64,000 bases of DNA. Source: an uncultured archaeon. Its GTDB lineage: Archaea > Aenigmatarchaeota > Aenigmatarchaeia > CG10238-14. Where the stretch lies: assembly GCA_964392445.1 (NCBI GenBank), contig CAYMPD010000003.1:2573-66572 (forward strand), read 5' to 3'. Both the position numbers and the translations under genes were made by a program. Positions 47,356 through 57,491 of this stretch are shown here, one piece after another; positions within the stretch are counted from its first letter, which is position 1; each line of letters opens with the position of its first letter. The notes beneath the pieces are model-generated. The model was not told where the DNA came from. It made no database searches and worked only from the letters and a program-made list of their open reading frames with translations.

Positions 47356-47565
47356 TTATCGGCAAGCGATCTTAATATCACTTGCTTTAACAGTGACTCT
47401 GCCTGCATGATGTGAAGCCGCTACAGCATCCACCGCTATCGCATCTGCCGCATCTAAAACAGCATCTTTAAGCGCATTTACAGCCGACTCAGAAACCCTC
47501 TCAGCTCCAGCTTTTCTTGCTATCCTTTCTAAGGGAGCAAGCGGAAAATCTCTTACCATTAACAC
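47356..47565 (-). CDS. archaeal histone (HMf-like)
   Basis: FPLAPLERIARKAGAERVSESAVNALKD…HAGRVTVKASDIKIAC, classic archaeal histone fold, 69 aa. Confidence 0.85.
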   Translation of the reverse strand: MLMVRDFPLAPLERIARKAGAERVSESAVNALKDAVLDAADAIAVDAVAASHHAGRVTVKASDIKIACR

Positions 47566-47773
47566 ACCTCCATATTCTAAATAAACTTATCTTGTAGATT
47601 ATTTAAGCATTTGCCAAAAGGGACCATTTTAGTCTTTATTCACAATACAGGAAAGATTTAAAAACATGTAAAATAAAAAAGAAATCCGATTATTAATAAC
47701 AAAATTTTATTAGGTTTAAATACTTGAACCGAAAACTTTAAATACTTTATTATATTTACTTATAAGTGATTAT

Positions 47774-48724
47774 ATGGCAGACGAAAAAGGAAAAAAGAAG
47801 GCTATGTCAGGTAAGAAATGCCCTGAATGCGGCGGAACTGTATTTGTTGAAGATAAAAATCGTGGAGAAACTGTTTGTGCCAAATGTGGATTAGTGTTAA
47901 AAGAAGATTTTATTGATAGAGGCCAAGAATGGAGAGCTTTTGATTCTGAGCAAGCTTCAAAGCGTGCAAGAGGAGGAGCACCATTAACTTACACAAAACA
48001 TGATAAAGGATTAACCACAGAGATAGGGAAGGGTTTAGGTGAATTGTACAAGGTACCTGGAAAGAAAAGGGCCCAGTATTACAGGCTTAAAAAATGGCAC
48101 AAAAGATTAATCGAGTCAAAGGATAGAAACTTATCATTTGCTCTTTCAGAACTTCAAAGAATAATTTCATTTCTAAATTTACCAAAATCAGTTCATGAAA
48201 AAGTTGGTAGATATTATGAGGAAGCAGTCGATAAAGGGCTTGTAAGAGGAAGATCAATCGAGTCAGTTATCGCGGCTTTGGTCTATGCTGTTTCAAGGCA
48301 ATTTGAGACCCCAAGAACGTTGGACGAAATTGCAGAGGCATCTGGACTAGAGAAAAGAGATATAGGAAGAACTTACAGATACATAGCAAGACAATTGGGA
48401 ATAAGAATTTTACCTGCGGATCCAAAGAACTATGTTCCAAGGTTCTGTTCAATGCTCAATTTAAGTGATAAAGTTCAAGCAGGTGCGATTGAAATTCTAA
48501 GGAAAGCGAAGAAATTACAGATTACAAGCGGGAAAGGTCCGACAGGGGTTGCTGCAGCCGCTATTTACATCTCTTGCGTGCTAAACGGAGAGAAGAGGAC
48601 TCAAAGAGAGGTAGCATCGGTTGTTAATGTCACTGAGGTCACAATCCGTAACAGATACAAGGAATTAGTCGAAAAACTTGGATTAGAGAAAGATGTAGAG
48701 GAAAAGATAAAAGAAGAGAGCTAA
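47774..48724 (+). CDS. tfb: transcription initiation factor TFB
   Basis: N-terminal zinc ribbon CPECGG…CAKCG; B-reader; two cyclin-like repeats; 316 aa. Confidence 0.9.
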   Translation: MADEKGKKKAMSGKKCPECGGTVFVEDKNRGETVCAKCGLVLKEDFIDRGQEWRAFDSEQASKRARGGAPLTYTKHDKGLTTEIGKGLGELYKVPGKKRAQYYRLKKWHKRLIESKDRNLSFALSELQRIISFLNLPKSVHEKVGRYYEEAVDKGLVRGRSIESVIAALVYAVSRQFETPRTLDEIAEASGLEKRDIGRTYRYIARQLGIRILPADPKNYVPRFCSMLNLSDKVQAGAIEILRKAKKLQITSGKGPTGVAAAAIYISCVLNGEKRTQREVASVVNVTEVTIRNRYKELVEKLGLEKDVEEKIKEES

Positions 48725-48884
48725 TTTAAGGAAAATATAACTTTTCCTGCCCTTTTGATTTAAAAATTTTTTTCCATCGTTTGTAATTCCCCATGTAACT
48801 TTTTTACTTTTTACTTTCAGTAGTAGATAGGATTTATGACTAGAAATAAAGACTCTAATAACGTAAAAAAATCAAGTTGAGGAT

Positions 48885-49277
48885 TCAGAGGTTAAAATAA
48901 TTTTTAATTAATCCTCTTAAGGTTTCTAAGCCATCGAAATCATCGCTTTCCATCTTTAAAAATTCCTCAGGAGTTACCCACCTATATCTAAAAATATTTT
49001 CCTCTTCGTCGGGATTTTGATTAATATCGATTTCTTCTGTTAATGGTTTACAGTGATAAGTTATACAGACAACTTGATCTCCATCAGATCTAAAGAAATA
49101 CCAAGTCCCGATGATTTTTTCTATTTTTACATCAAGATAGACCTCTTCTTTGATTTCTTTAATTAAATTTTCTTGAGGAGATAAACCATATTCTATCCTC
49201 CCACCAGGCAGGTCCAAATATTCTTTTCCCTGAAATCTCTGTTTAATAACTAGGAATTTACCATCTTTTACGATCAA
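48885..49277 (-). CDS. NUDIX hydrolase
   Basis: Nudix box GGRIEYGLSPQENLIKEIKEEVYL. Confidence 0.7.
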   Translation of the reverse strand: MIVKDGKFLVIKQRFQGKEYLDLPGGRIEYGLSPQENLIKEIKEEVYLDVKIEKIIGTWYFFRSDGDQVVCITYHCKPLTEEIDINQNPDEEENIFRYRWVTPEEFLKMESDDFDGLETLRGLIKNYFNL

Positions 49278-49311
49278 TCCTTTTGTTGCACATTGTACTT
49301 TTGGTATAATA

Positions 49312-49836
49312 TCATCTCAATAACTTTTCCTCATACTCCTCCAACCAATCAATCTCCCCAACCTCATAACCTTCAGTACCACCAGTAATTATTCCAACAA
49401 TTTCATCAACAAAGTCTCCTTCACTAGTATCCACTTCATAAACTTGATCATTTTTCTCAACGGCTTCAGAAGTTATAACACCAAGTATCTCCGCATCCAG
49501 ATTCTCTTTGACTTTTTCGGGTTTATCTGGATATCTTTTTTTCAACCTTTTTTCGAGGACATTGGGATTACATCTTAGAACGATAACAACATCGCAATCA
49601 ACCTCATGAGCAGTATGACCTTCGATTATAACATCTTCTTCAACATTAGCAAGATGGTCGTTGATTTTTACCATGTCTAATATTTTTGCTTTCCTCTCGG
49701 TATCTTCACCCAAGTAAGCATCCAGTTCTTCCGCAGCATCATTAAGACCGATTAATTTCCAACCCAGTATCTTTGAAAGTTTTTTTGAGATTGTTGTTTT
49801 TCCTGTCCCAGGTGTTCCGGTTATACATAGTTTCAT
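49312..49836 (-). CDS. adenylate kinase 6 / Fap7-like P-loop kinase
   Basis: MKLCITGTPGTGKTTISKKL P-loop at N-terminus; 174 aa. Confidence 0.6.
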   Translation of the reverse strand: MKLCITGTPGTGKTTISKKLSKILGWKLIGLNDAAEELDAYLGEDTERKAKILDMVKINDHLANVEEDVIIEGHTAHEVDCDVVIVLRCNPNVLEKRLKKRYPDKPEKVKENLDAEILGVITSEAVEKNDQVYEVDTSEGDFVDEIVGIITGGTEGYEVGEIDWLEEYEEKLLR

Positions 49837-49894
49837 AATAAGACATTATCTTTTTGTTTTAAATATCTAAATTCAAAGATTATTATGTGATTCA

Positions 49895-50839
49895 ATGGAA
49901 CTTCAAATATGGACAGAAAAATACAGGCCGCACAGTTTAGAAGATTTAATCAATCAAAAACATGCAGTCGGCCGATTAAAAGCGTTTGTTAAAGATAAAT
50001 CAATTCCTCACATGCTATTTGCAGGTCCCCCAGGAACGGGTAAAACTGCATCTGCTATTGCTGTTGCGAAGGACTTATTTGGCAAAAATTGGAGAAATAA
50101 TTTTCAAGAGACCAATGCGAGTGATAGCAGAGGGATAGATGTCGTGAGGACAAGAATAAAGAACTTTGCGAGGGTTAAACCCTTAAATGCCCCATTCAAA
50201 ATTGTATTTCTGGACGAAAGTGATGCATTAACATCAGCAGCTCAACATGCTTTAAGAAGAACAATAGAACGTTATTCGACAGTTTGCCGTTTCATTTTAT
50301 CATGTAATTATTCCTCAAAGATTATTTCAGCTTTGCAGTCAAGGTGCGTGGTTTTCCGATTTACTAATTTATCAAAAGATGACGTTTTTGAGTATATGAA
50401 AAGGATAATTAAGGGAGAAAAATTGGATGTTGACAAGTCGGCATTAGAAGCGATTTACGAATTGAGTGAGGGAGATCTAAGAAAAGCCACGAACATTCTT
50501 CAAGCATCCTCTTCTCTTGGAGAAAAAATAACCGCAGATGTGATTTATAATGTCACAAGCCAGGCCAGACCTCAGGACGTAAAAGAAATGATGGGATTTA
50601 TTTTAAAGAAAGATTTCAAGTCGACAAGGAAAAAGTTGCATGATATGATCATCAAACAAGGTCTAGCCGGTCAGGATGTGATTAAGGCTTGCCATAAAGA
50701 GATATTTAATTTGGACATTCCCGACAAGAAAAAGCTGGAGATGATAAGATATGTGGGAGAATACGATTTCAGGATTTCTGAGGGAGGAGATCCATTGATA
50801 CAATTAGAATCCATGTTAGCACAGATGATGATAGAATAA
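49895..50839 (+). CDS. rfcS: replication factor C small subunit
   Basis: WTEKYRP, FAGPPGTGKT, DESD, SRC motifs; 314 aa. Confidence 0.9.
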   Translation: MELQIWTEKYRPHSLEDLINQKHAVGRLKAFVKDKSIPHMLFAGPPGTGKTASAIAVAKDLFGKNWRNNFQETNASDSRGIDVVRTRIKNFARVKPLNAPFKIVFLDESDALTSAAQHALRRTIERYSTVCRFILSCNYSSKIISALQSRCVVFRFTNLSKDDVFEYMKRIIKGEKLDVDKSALEAIYELSEGDLRKATNILQASSSLGEKITADVIYNVTSQARPQDVKEMMGFILKKDFKSTRKKLHDMIIKQGLAGQDVIKACHKEIFNLDIPDKKKLEMIRYVGEYDFRISEGGDPLIQLESMLAQMMIE

Positions 50840-50894
50840 ATTGGGTTTTCTTTAATCTAATATAAATTTTAAGTTTCAGATAAATAGTGTTAAC

Positions 50895-52040
50895 ATGAAT
50901 TGGACAGATAAGTACTCACCAAAAAAAGTTTCAGAAGTTGTGGGTCAAAATAAACCCGTAAATAAATTTCTAAGATGGTATCAAAATTGGAAACCCGGGA
51001 AAAAAGCGGCTCTACTTGTTGGGAATCCCGGTGTTGGTAAAACTTCTTTGGTTGAGGCTCTTGGGAATGAGAGAAATCTTGAGATAATAGAATTAAATGC
51101 TTCTGACTATAGAACTGCGTCCCAAATAAAAGAGGTCATGGGACAATCCGTAAAACAACATTCACTTTTCAAAAAAGGTAAGATTTTTCTTATTGACGAA
51201 GTAGATGGTTTATCGGGGAGGAAAGATAGAGGCGGAACAGGAGAAATGAAAAAAATAATAGAAGAATCCCATTTTCCGGTTGTTCTAACTGCTAATGATC
51301 AATGGAGTAGAAAGATGTCGAGACTTAAATCGAGTTGCACACTTATCAAATTCGGTAAAGTTCATTTCTGGAGAATGGTTAAGAGGTTGGAAAAAATTTG
51401 TGAGGAAGAGGGCATTAAATGTGGTAAAAAAGTGATAAAACAGATAGCAAAGAGATCAGAGGGTGATATGAGGTCAGCTATAAATGACTTGGAAACGTTG
51501 TCAAGAGGAAAAAAAGTAATAAAAGTCAGTGACCTTGAAAATCTAAGTTACAGACAAAGAGACGAAAATATTTTTGATACTTTGAAAATAATCTTTAAAA
51601 CTAATTCTTTGGTTGCTGCAAGGAGATCCATTGATGATGTGGGTAAAGACCCCGACGAAATCTTTTGGTGGATAGAGCAGAACATTGTTAATGAGTATGA
51701 GAAACCCAAAGAGATAGCGGAAGCTTATGAGATGTTAGCAATAGCAAATATGTTTCGAAGTAGAATAAGGAGGAGACAGTACTGGAAATTACTGAAGTAC
51801 ATGATCGATTTTATGACCGGTGGCGTGGCCCTATCAAAGGATGAAATGTACAGGAAATTTTCAAGATACCAATATCCAGACAAGATAAAATACTTGGGAA
51901 GAACAAAAGCAAAACGAAGAAAAGAGAACGAACAACTATTAGAATTATCAGAAAAATTACATTGTTCAACTCAGAAAATCAAACAAGAGTTCTTACCTTA
52001 TTTCAGCTTAGGGGAATTGATTCGGAAAAGCCAGTACTAA
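50895..52040 (+). CDS. rfcL: replication factor C large subunit (short form)
   Basis: WTDKYSP, VGNPGVGKTS, IDEVDGL; C-terminal QEFLPYF PIP-like tail; 381 aa. Confidence 0.8.
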   Translation: MNWTDKYSPKKVSEVVGQNKPVNKFLRWYQNWKPGKKAALLVGNPGVGKTSLVEALGNERNLEIIELNASDYRTASQIKEVMGQSVKQHSLFKKGKIFLIDEVDGLSGRKDRGGTGEMKKIIEESHFPVVLTANDQWSRKMSRLKSSCTLIKFGKVHFWRMVKRLEKICEEEGIKCGKKVIKQIAKRSEGDMRSAINDLETLSRGKKVIKVSDLENLSYRQRDENIFDTLKIIFKTNSLVAARRSIDDVGKDPDEIFWWIEQNIVNEYEKPKEIAEAYEMLAIANMFRSRIRRRQYWKLLKYMIDFMTGGVALSKDEMYRKFSRYQYPDKIKYLGRTKAKRRKENEQLLELSEKLHCSTQKIKQEFLPYFSLGELIRKSQY

Positions 52041-52404
52041 GTGTGTATTTCTCAGACATCAAACTTATGTTGAATGTTGCAAGTGGTACCCCTAGATCAA
52101 CAGTGTAGTTAAAAGCAAGTCTATAACCTCTATCAGCAGCTATTTCCTCAACAAAATCTGAGTATGTAGATAAACGGGTTTGAATGTTTGTCACGTTACT
52201 TATTTGAACAGTTTTGTTGGCTTTATCCACAATATTCTCGAACATGAAAACCTCTGCACCTGATACCGCTTCTGAAGTGTCGATAAAGGAATGTTGACTG
52301 ATGTACTTACTAAGTGTGAAAAAAACCCCGACTATAATTACCGCGGTTAAGATAAAGAACTGAGCCTTTTTACTTGACAAATTGTGCATGTGGTACATCC
52401 CCAA
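52003..52404 (-). CDS. hypothetical protein with N-terminal TM helix
   Basis: 133-aa ORF; start probably at an internal Met to reduce overlap. Confidence 0.35.
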   Translation of the reverse strand: MGMYHMHNLSSKKAQFFILTAVIIVGVFFTLSKYISQHSFIDTSEAVSGAEVFMFENIVDKANKTVQISNVTNIQTRLSTYSDFVEEIAADRGYRLAFNYTVDLGVPLATFNISLMSEKYTLSTGFSESIPLS

Positions 52405-52684
52405 TTAAAATAACGTTTTTCTGTGTAATAAACTTTTTTTTCAACGCTAATTTTACTATTTTTTCTCCGACGATGTTTCCTATTGTACAATTTTTCATGA
52501 GAATGAGGATTTTCTCCTCCCCACACTCTTTTTTTCCATAAAATTTCTCGTCCACTCTGAATACAGGGTCTTCTCTCAATACTTTCCCGACTAGTTCTTT
52601 ATCACACACACCTAGAACTAACTCATACTTTTCCGAACGACTTCTATGGGTTTTGTAGCAAAACATCTCATTCTTCAACATCAA
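52370..52684 (-). CDS. hypothetical small protein (archaeal conserved-family-like)
   Basis: 104-aa ORF; …CDKELVGKVLRED…NIVGEKIVKLA…IGDVPHAQFV; start likely at an internal Met. Confidence 0.35.
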   Translation of the reverse strand: MMLKNEMFCYKTHRSRSEKYELVLGVCDKELVGKVLREDPVFRVDEKFYGKKECGEEKILILMKNCTIGNIVGEKIVKLALKKKFITQKNVILIGDVPHAQFVK

Positions 52685-53021
52685 ATTTATGGTCTAAATC
52701 CCTCATTAAGGAATCACAGTCTAGTTTGATTTTTTGCAATGCTAGAACAATTCTTTCCTTTTCTTTCTTGAGTTCTTCAATATCCTCGTACTTTTGGATT
52801 GCTTGTCTGAACATTGGAAGACCTATAGTTGTGTAAGGACTCTTGTTCATTTCTTGACTTACACTCGCACACATCTCTCCTAACCATATGTTCATCTGTT
52901 CCTTGACCTGCCTTCTCACTAATTTGTGCTCATCAAGATTATCTTTGATAACTCTTACAATTGGTGCTAAAGGAAATGGTAATTCAACTTCTTCCTCTTC
53001 TTGTTTTTTTTCTTCTGCCAA
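52668..53021 (-). CDS. divergent histone-fold protein with acidic N-terminal and coiled-coil C-terminal extensions
   Basis: LPFPLAPIVRVIKDNLDEHKLVRRQVKEQMNIWLGEMCASVSQEM aligns by eye to HMf [23 protein letters not shown]…. Confidence 0.45.
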   Translation of the reverse strand: MAEEKKQEEEEVELPFPLAPIVRVIKDNLDEHKLVRRQVKEQMNIWLGEMCASVSQEMNKSPYTTIGLPMFRQAIQKYEDIEELKKEKERIVLALQKIKLDCDSLMRDLDHKFDVEE

Positions 53022-53418
53022 AGTATCACCTCGAATTTAACTTACATAAATTTGGTTTTTTAGATATTTAATTATTGTTAGAATGGTTTTTGTTGAATTT
53101 TTTGAGTGCTTTCCCCATCATTCGTTCCTTCTAGTCACTCATACTCGCTATTATCCATCCCCGCTTAAAATTCTATTTTATCCATTCTACTCTATAATAT
53201 TTTGTAATGTTTATGTAGCAGCGCCAAAATTTAGTACATCTTCTTCCGAAAATGGTTCTCCTTTTCTATCATTTTTAACATAAGATACAACCATGCATAT
53301 TCAACCTCATAGGTTCTTATGTAACAATTACAAATAATACTCTATTTTCTCTTCTGCCAGTCCCCATTAACTAAACTCACCGAATATTTTACCATTTTCC
53401 CACTCTATTTTTCATTTC

Positions 53419-53685
53419 TCACCACCTAAGATAATCCTTAATTTTATCGAGCAGCCCTTCTCTTCTCTCACGAGCACCACTAATTAATCTAGCATTGTAA
53501 AAACCACCGTTTCCCCCCTCTCGATACCTGGTTATCTTAACCATCACCTCATCGCCCACATCGAGACGACCAAAAACACCACCGCTAACATAAATCTCAT
53601 TCCCTTCATATGTGGCAATCGGAAGATGGAAATCTTCGCCAAATCTTTCTATACGGACAGTAACCTGTTCACCAACCTTCATCAT
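53419..53685 (-). CDS. TRAM-domain protein
   Basis: GEQVTVRIERFGEDFHLPIATYEGNEIYVSGGVFGRLDVGDEVMVKITRY, OB-like TRAM pattern. Confidence 0.5.
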   Translation of the reverse strand: MMKVGEQVTVRIERFGEDFHLPIATYEGNEIYVSGGVFGRLDVGDEVMVKITRYREGGNGGFYNARLISGARERREGLLDKIKDYLRW

Positions 53686-53970
53686 TTTTCACCTCCTTGG
53701 TTTGGATTATTTTAATTATTAATGGATATTGGGCAGATTAATTTTTTAAATGTCAATCCTCATATTCTACAATCGAAAATAGAAAATTTCCTTCTACCAA
53801 ATATAAGAGTCTTATTTACATCAACTATGGATATCCACCTTCATAGTACTCTTATCATTATTGGGGATTCAATCACTACAAAACTAAAAAAATTACCTAG
53901 TTAGTAGAAAGAAGAACTATTTCTTTAACTACCAGAAAAATTAAACACATTAACACCCAATTAACTACAC

Positions 53971-55197
53971 ATGAAATCCATATGTTTACCATGCAAGGGA
54001 AGGAACTGGTGTGGTGTTTCCAGATGCCCTGTCTTAGACAGTATGCGAGCGAAAATTAAACTTAAAGAAACAATCAAAAAACCAGAGATATTTGGTTCTA
54101 GCCCCCCAGCAACATTCATCGGTAGATTTGGTTATCCTAAAGTCAATGTAGGAATATTATTACCGTCAGAAAGAGGGGATACAAAATTAATGAACTCACC
54201 AAGAGACTGGCATAAAAACAGGATAGACATAGGTCAGGTGTTGGAATTCCGGGCATCTTTGATCAATTCCCGACAGAAAAACATTGTCGATGCGACAAAA
54301 CCAGGCAGATTTTTGGATACTGTTCAAGAGGTTGCTTTATCGTCAAAACCAGTCGACACCGAGGTTATTCTTAGGAAGATTCCCAAGTTCTCAATGAGTT
54401 TTAATTTTAATGCTTCACCCTTTGGACCTTCTGGAGATGTAAAAAAAGCGATGTTAACCGAGAACCCGAGTGTTGATAAAAGAGTCGATTATATTACTTC
54501 CGATGTTGATTTTAAAGCTACTAAGGCGATGGTCGACTTGTATGACCACGGTCAGGATGTTTATGATTTGTCGAGATTGTTGTCGGTTGGGCTTTTAGGA
54601 TTGAAAAAACAAAGGAAACTGGTCCCGACAAGATGGTCTATTACAGCCGCTGATTCGATTATTGCTGAAAATCTTCTGAAAGAGGTTAAGGATTATCCTG
54701 TGATCAATGACTATCTTCTGTTTGAGTCGAATTATATTGGTAATTACTTCGAGGTCTTGTTAATGCCTTATTCCTGGATGTTTGAACAGGTTGAAATGGC
54801 TGTTCCTGGGGGTTTATGGTCGAGAGGACTGAAAGAACCCAATGTTATCAGTGATCATGAATTCTATTGGGGAAGGAAAAAGTATGCTAAGAATGTTGCT
54901 GGTGCTTATTACTCGGGAAAGTTGGCGGTTTTGGAGTACTTGAAAAAAATTAAAAGACAGGCGACTGTTTTAATAGTCCGTGAGATAAGACCAGAATATT
55001 TCTCGGAAGTGGGTGTTTGGAAGGTTAGAGAAGCTATCCGTGAAGCCATGACCAAAAAACCCCTGAAGTTCGAGTCTTTGGAGTATGCGTTGAAGAGGAT
55101 TAATATCATGTTAGAGATTCATAGTGATACTTGGTCGAAAAAGAGTAAGATTTTGGATAATTTAAGAAATCAGAGAAGGATAGTGGATTATTTTTGA
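53971..55197 (+). CDS. NreA-like archaeal DNA-repair-associated protein with C-terminal PIP box
   Basis: 408 aa; N-terminal Cys cluster (CLPCKGRNWCGVSRC); C-terminal QRRIVDYF matches Qxx[ILM]xx[FY][FY]; size/architecture reminiscent of NreA (DUF650/651). Confidence 0.4.
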   Translation: MKSICLPCKGRNWCGVSRCPVLDSMRAKIKLKETIKKPEIFGSSPPATFIGRFGYPKVNVGILLPSERGDTKLMNSPRDWHKNRIDIGQVLEFRASLINSRQKNIVDATKPGRFLDTVQEVALSSKPVDTEVILRKIPKFSMSFNFNASPFGPSGDVKKAMLTENPSVDKRVDYITSDVDFKATKAMVDLYDHGQDVYDLSRLLSVGLLGLKKQRKLVPTRWSITAADSIIAENLLKEVKDYPVINDYLLFESNYIGNYFEVLLMPYSWMFEQVEMAVPGGLWSRGLKEPNVISDHEFYWGRKKYAKNVAGAYYSGKLAVLEYLKKIKRQATVLIVREIRPEYFSEVGVWKVREAIREAMTKKPLKFESLEYALKRINIMLEIHSDTWSKKSKILDNLRNQRRIVDYF

Positions 55198-55210
55198 AAT
55201 TTGATTATTT

Positions 55211-55699
55211 TTAGACTATCCTTTCAGAAGGAATATCAAGAATTTCGCTCATTATCTGATCAGCAAATAAATCGTTCATTATACCAAGTTTACCCCCATT
55301 TTCAAGGTATAACTTAACTATTTTGGAAGATTTCCTAGCTCTTCTGTCAGCTTTATTAAAACTCCTCCTAAATCGGGAAGAAAAAGGCTGAAGATACGTC
55401 CTATCAATAAAATCTAACCCGGTCCTTGTGGTTCTTGTTAGCCTTTTTATCTGGGGTTCGTAATGATAACGATAATGTTCACATGCAATAAGTATACCAC
55501 CGCTTAAGTGAAGTCTTAGAAAATTTAACAAAGGGTTTACATCCACGCTCCCAGGATTACCACACATTGAAAGGTACCTGAATTGGTATTTTCCATCCCT
55601 AGATTGTATTGCAAGTGCATGTTGGTAAAGTCTTATTCTCTTTCCATTGAATCCAACATTTCTTCCTGAATCGTCTAAAAAATATAGATGAGTTATCAT
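55211..55699 (-). CDS. hypothetical protein (GC-richer block)
   Basis: 162-aa ORF, Arg-rich; no motif recognised. Confidence 0.35.
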   Translation of the reverse strand: MITHLYFLDDSGRNVGFNGKRIRLYQHALAIQSRDGKYQFRYLSMCGNPGSVDVNPLLNFLRLHLSGGILIACEHYRYHYEPQIKRLTRTTRTGLDFIDRTYLQPFSSRFRRSFNKADRRARKSSKIVKLYLENGGKLGIMNDLFADQIMSEILDIPSERIV

Positions 55700-55953
55700 C
55701 CACTCACTCGTTTCATTCCATTTCTTCTACCTGTTAACATATCAGGTCTCTGTTCTAAACGGGGACCAGTTTCTCCATCGGGTAAATATGTTCCTGATAC
55801 ATATCCAGAGCAATTAACTGGACATTTTCGATTAGTTTGACGTTTACAATTCCTACCATACCGAATACAATCATAATGATACATATTACTCATATTTACC
55901 AACAAAAAAATTTCTATTACATTTTTTTCACAAATAAATCTCTCAAAAACCAA
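55696..55953 (-). CDS. hypothetical Cys-rich small protein
   Basis: 85-aa ORF with multiple Cys (CxxxxC patterns). Confidence 0.3.
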   Translation of the reverse strand: MVFERFICEKNVIEIFLLVNMSNMYHYDCIRYGRNCKRQTNRKCPVNCSGYVSGTYLPDGETGPRLEQRPDMLTGRRNGMKRVSG

Positions 55954-55999
55954 TAATTAATTTGGTTTCAGAGAACAGATTGTAAAATTTTCTCCTGAC

Positions 56000-56275
56000 T
56001 TAAGGTAACCTTAATTCCATAGAATGAGTACCGAGACCATTTGGTCGCATCATTCTTCTTAAATCTGGCAAGTTTTCTGGGAAATTACCATCAAAGCAAA
56101 TTGAAAAATGTTCTCTCACATAACCTTTCAAATCTCCCCAAGGTTTTATTACCATTGCTGAAGTTGAGCCATAAGAAGTTGACCAAAGAGTGACATTTCC
56201 ATCCCTCTCTATAGAAAGATGATATCTATAATTTCCTAATCTCCATTGTTCTAAGCCGTACGCTTCCTTGAACAT
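56000..56275 (-). CDS. hypothetical protein
   Basis: 91-aa ORF; no motif recognised. Confidence 0.3.
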   Translation of the reverse strand: MFKEAYGLEQWRLGNYRYHLSIERDGNVTLWSTSYGSTSAMVIKPWGDLKGYVREHFSICFDGNFPENLPDLRRMMRPNGLGTHSMELRLP

Positions 56276-56396
56276 TACTAAAATAATAGGAATAGTTGAT
56301 TATTAAAAATAACGGTGTTTTGTGGATATTTTTACCGAGGAATTGAGTCATATTAATTCTTAAAAACTCCCGCGAAAATAATTATGGAGTGATAGT

Positions 56397-56603
56397 ATGG
56401 CAAAAACGAAAAGACTTTATCGGTCAGGTAAAAACAAAATAATAGCCGGAGTTTGTGGTGGTATTGGAGAATATTTCAACGTAGATCCAGTGATAATAAG
56501 GCTCGTGTGGATTTTGTTCTCATTAGCTTATGGCTCTGGAATATTGGCCTACATTATTGCTTGGATAATAATTCCTAAAAACCCTAAACATGATTGGGGT
56601 TAA
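56397..56603 (+). CDS. PspC-domain small membrane protein
   Basis: KIIAGVCGGIGEYFNVDPVIIRLVWIL, PspC motif followed by a TM helix. Confidence 0.65.
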   Translation: MAKTKRLYRSGKNKIIAGVCGGIGEYFNVDPVIIRLVWILFSLAYGSGILAYIIAWIIIPKNPKHDWG

Positions 56604-56616
56604 GGTGTTGGAGTAA

Positions 56617-56820
56617 ATGTTAGAGCAAATAACCTATTACCGGATCTTGGGATTACCACTGATAGTTTACCTGGGAATTCTAACTTTACTGTCGGCCTTA
56701 GCAACCGCATATACGGGTTACAAAAGAAAACCGATTAATGTGCATATGAACTTGGCTAGAATTACCATAACATTAGCTTTGGTGCATGGCTTGTTAGGTT
56801 TGTTGGTTTATTTAGGTTAG
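56617..56820 (+). CDS. small membrane protein (2 TM)
   Basis: 67 aa, two hydrophobic helices. Confidence 0.35.
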   Translation: MLEQITYYRILGLPLIVYLGILTLLSALATAYTGYKRKPINVHMNLARITITLALVHGLLGLLVYLG

Positions 56821-56861
56821 TTTACAGTTTAGCCTATTTTAATCGTAAATTATTTTTTTCT

Positions 56862-57491
56862 TTAGAATTTTCTCTTGGAAAATATCTTGAAAATTAATAT
56901 ACCAGCGGTTGTTGATAATGAGATTATCAAAACAACAAAAGCGTATATCATTAAAGTCATGTTTCGTGATATTTCTGGGTTTGTTAATAGAGGATTTAGA
57001 CCTTTAATAAATACTACTAGAACACACATCATCAAAAAGACCAAAAGTCCATTAGTTAGTAAAATCGGTTTCATGCTTTTCTTCTCTTCTTTCAAAACCA
57101 TCCGGTAAATGTAGGACGCCATCCTTGGTTCGTTTGAGACTATATCTGTCTCGGTAACTATTCCAGCTAGTTTTCCTTTATCTAAAACTGGAAGTTTTTT
57201 GATGTGTTCTTTCTTCATTATTTTACAAGCTTTATCTAAACTGCTTTTAGCATCAATAGTTATTACATTCTCCGACATTATATTGGAGATATTGGTTTTG
57301 GTTGTACTCTTTCCTGGAGAGACAACTTTTCTAATTACATCTCTTTCTGTGATTATTCCTGCTAGTTTCTCGCCCTTCATTATTATCAGGGATCCTATGT
57401 CATTCTTTTTCATTACCATTGAAGCCTTTTTCACACTGGTATCAGGAGATACAGTGATCACAGATTTTGTCATCACATCTTTTACAATCAT
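56862..57491 (-). CDS. CBS-domain pair protein with C-terminal TM anchor
   Basis: Two CBS repeats (…ITERDVIRKVV…, …GIVTETDIVSN…) then 2 TM helices. Confidence 0.6.
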   Translation of the reverse strand: MIVKDVMTKSVITVSPDTSVKKASMVMKKNDIGSLIIMKGEKLAGIITERDVIRKVVSPGKSTTKTNISNIMSENVITIDAKSSLDKACKIMKKEHIKKLPVLDKGKLAGIVTETDIVSNEPRMASYIYRMVLKEEKKSMKPILLTNGLLVFLMMCVLVVFIKGLNPLLTNPEISRNMTLMIYAFVVLIISLSTTAGILIFKIFSKRKF

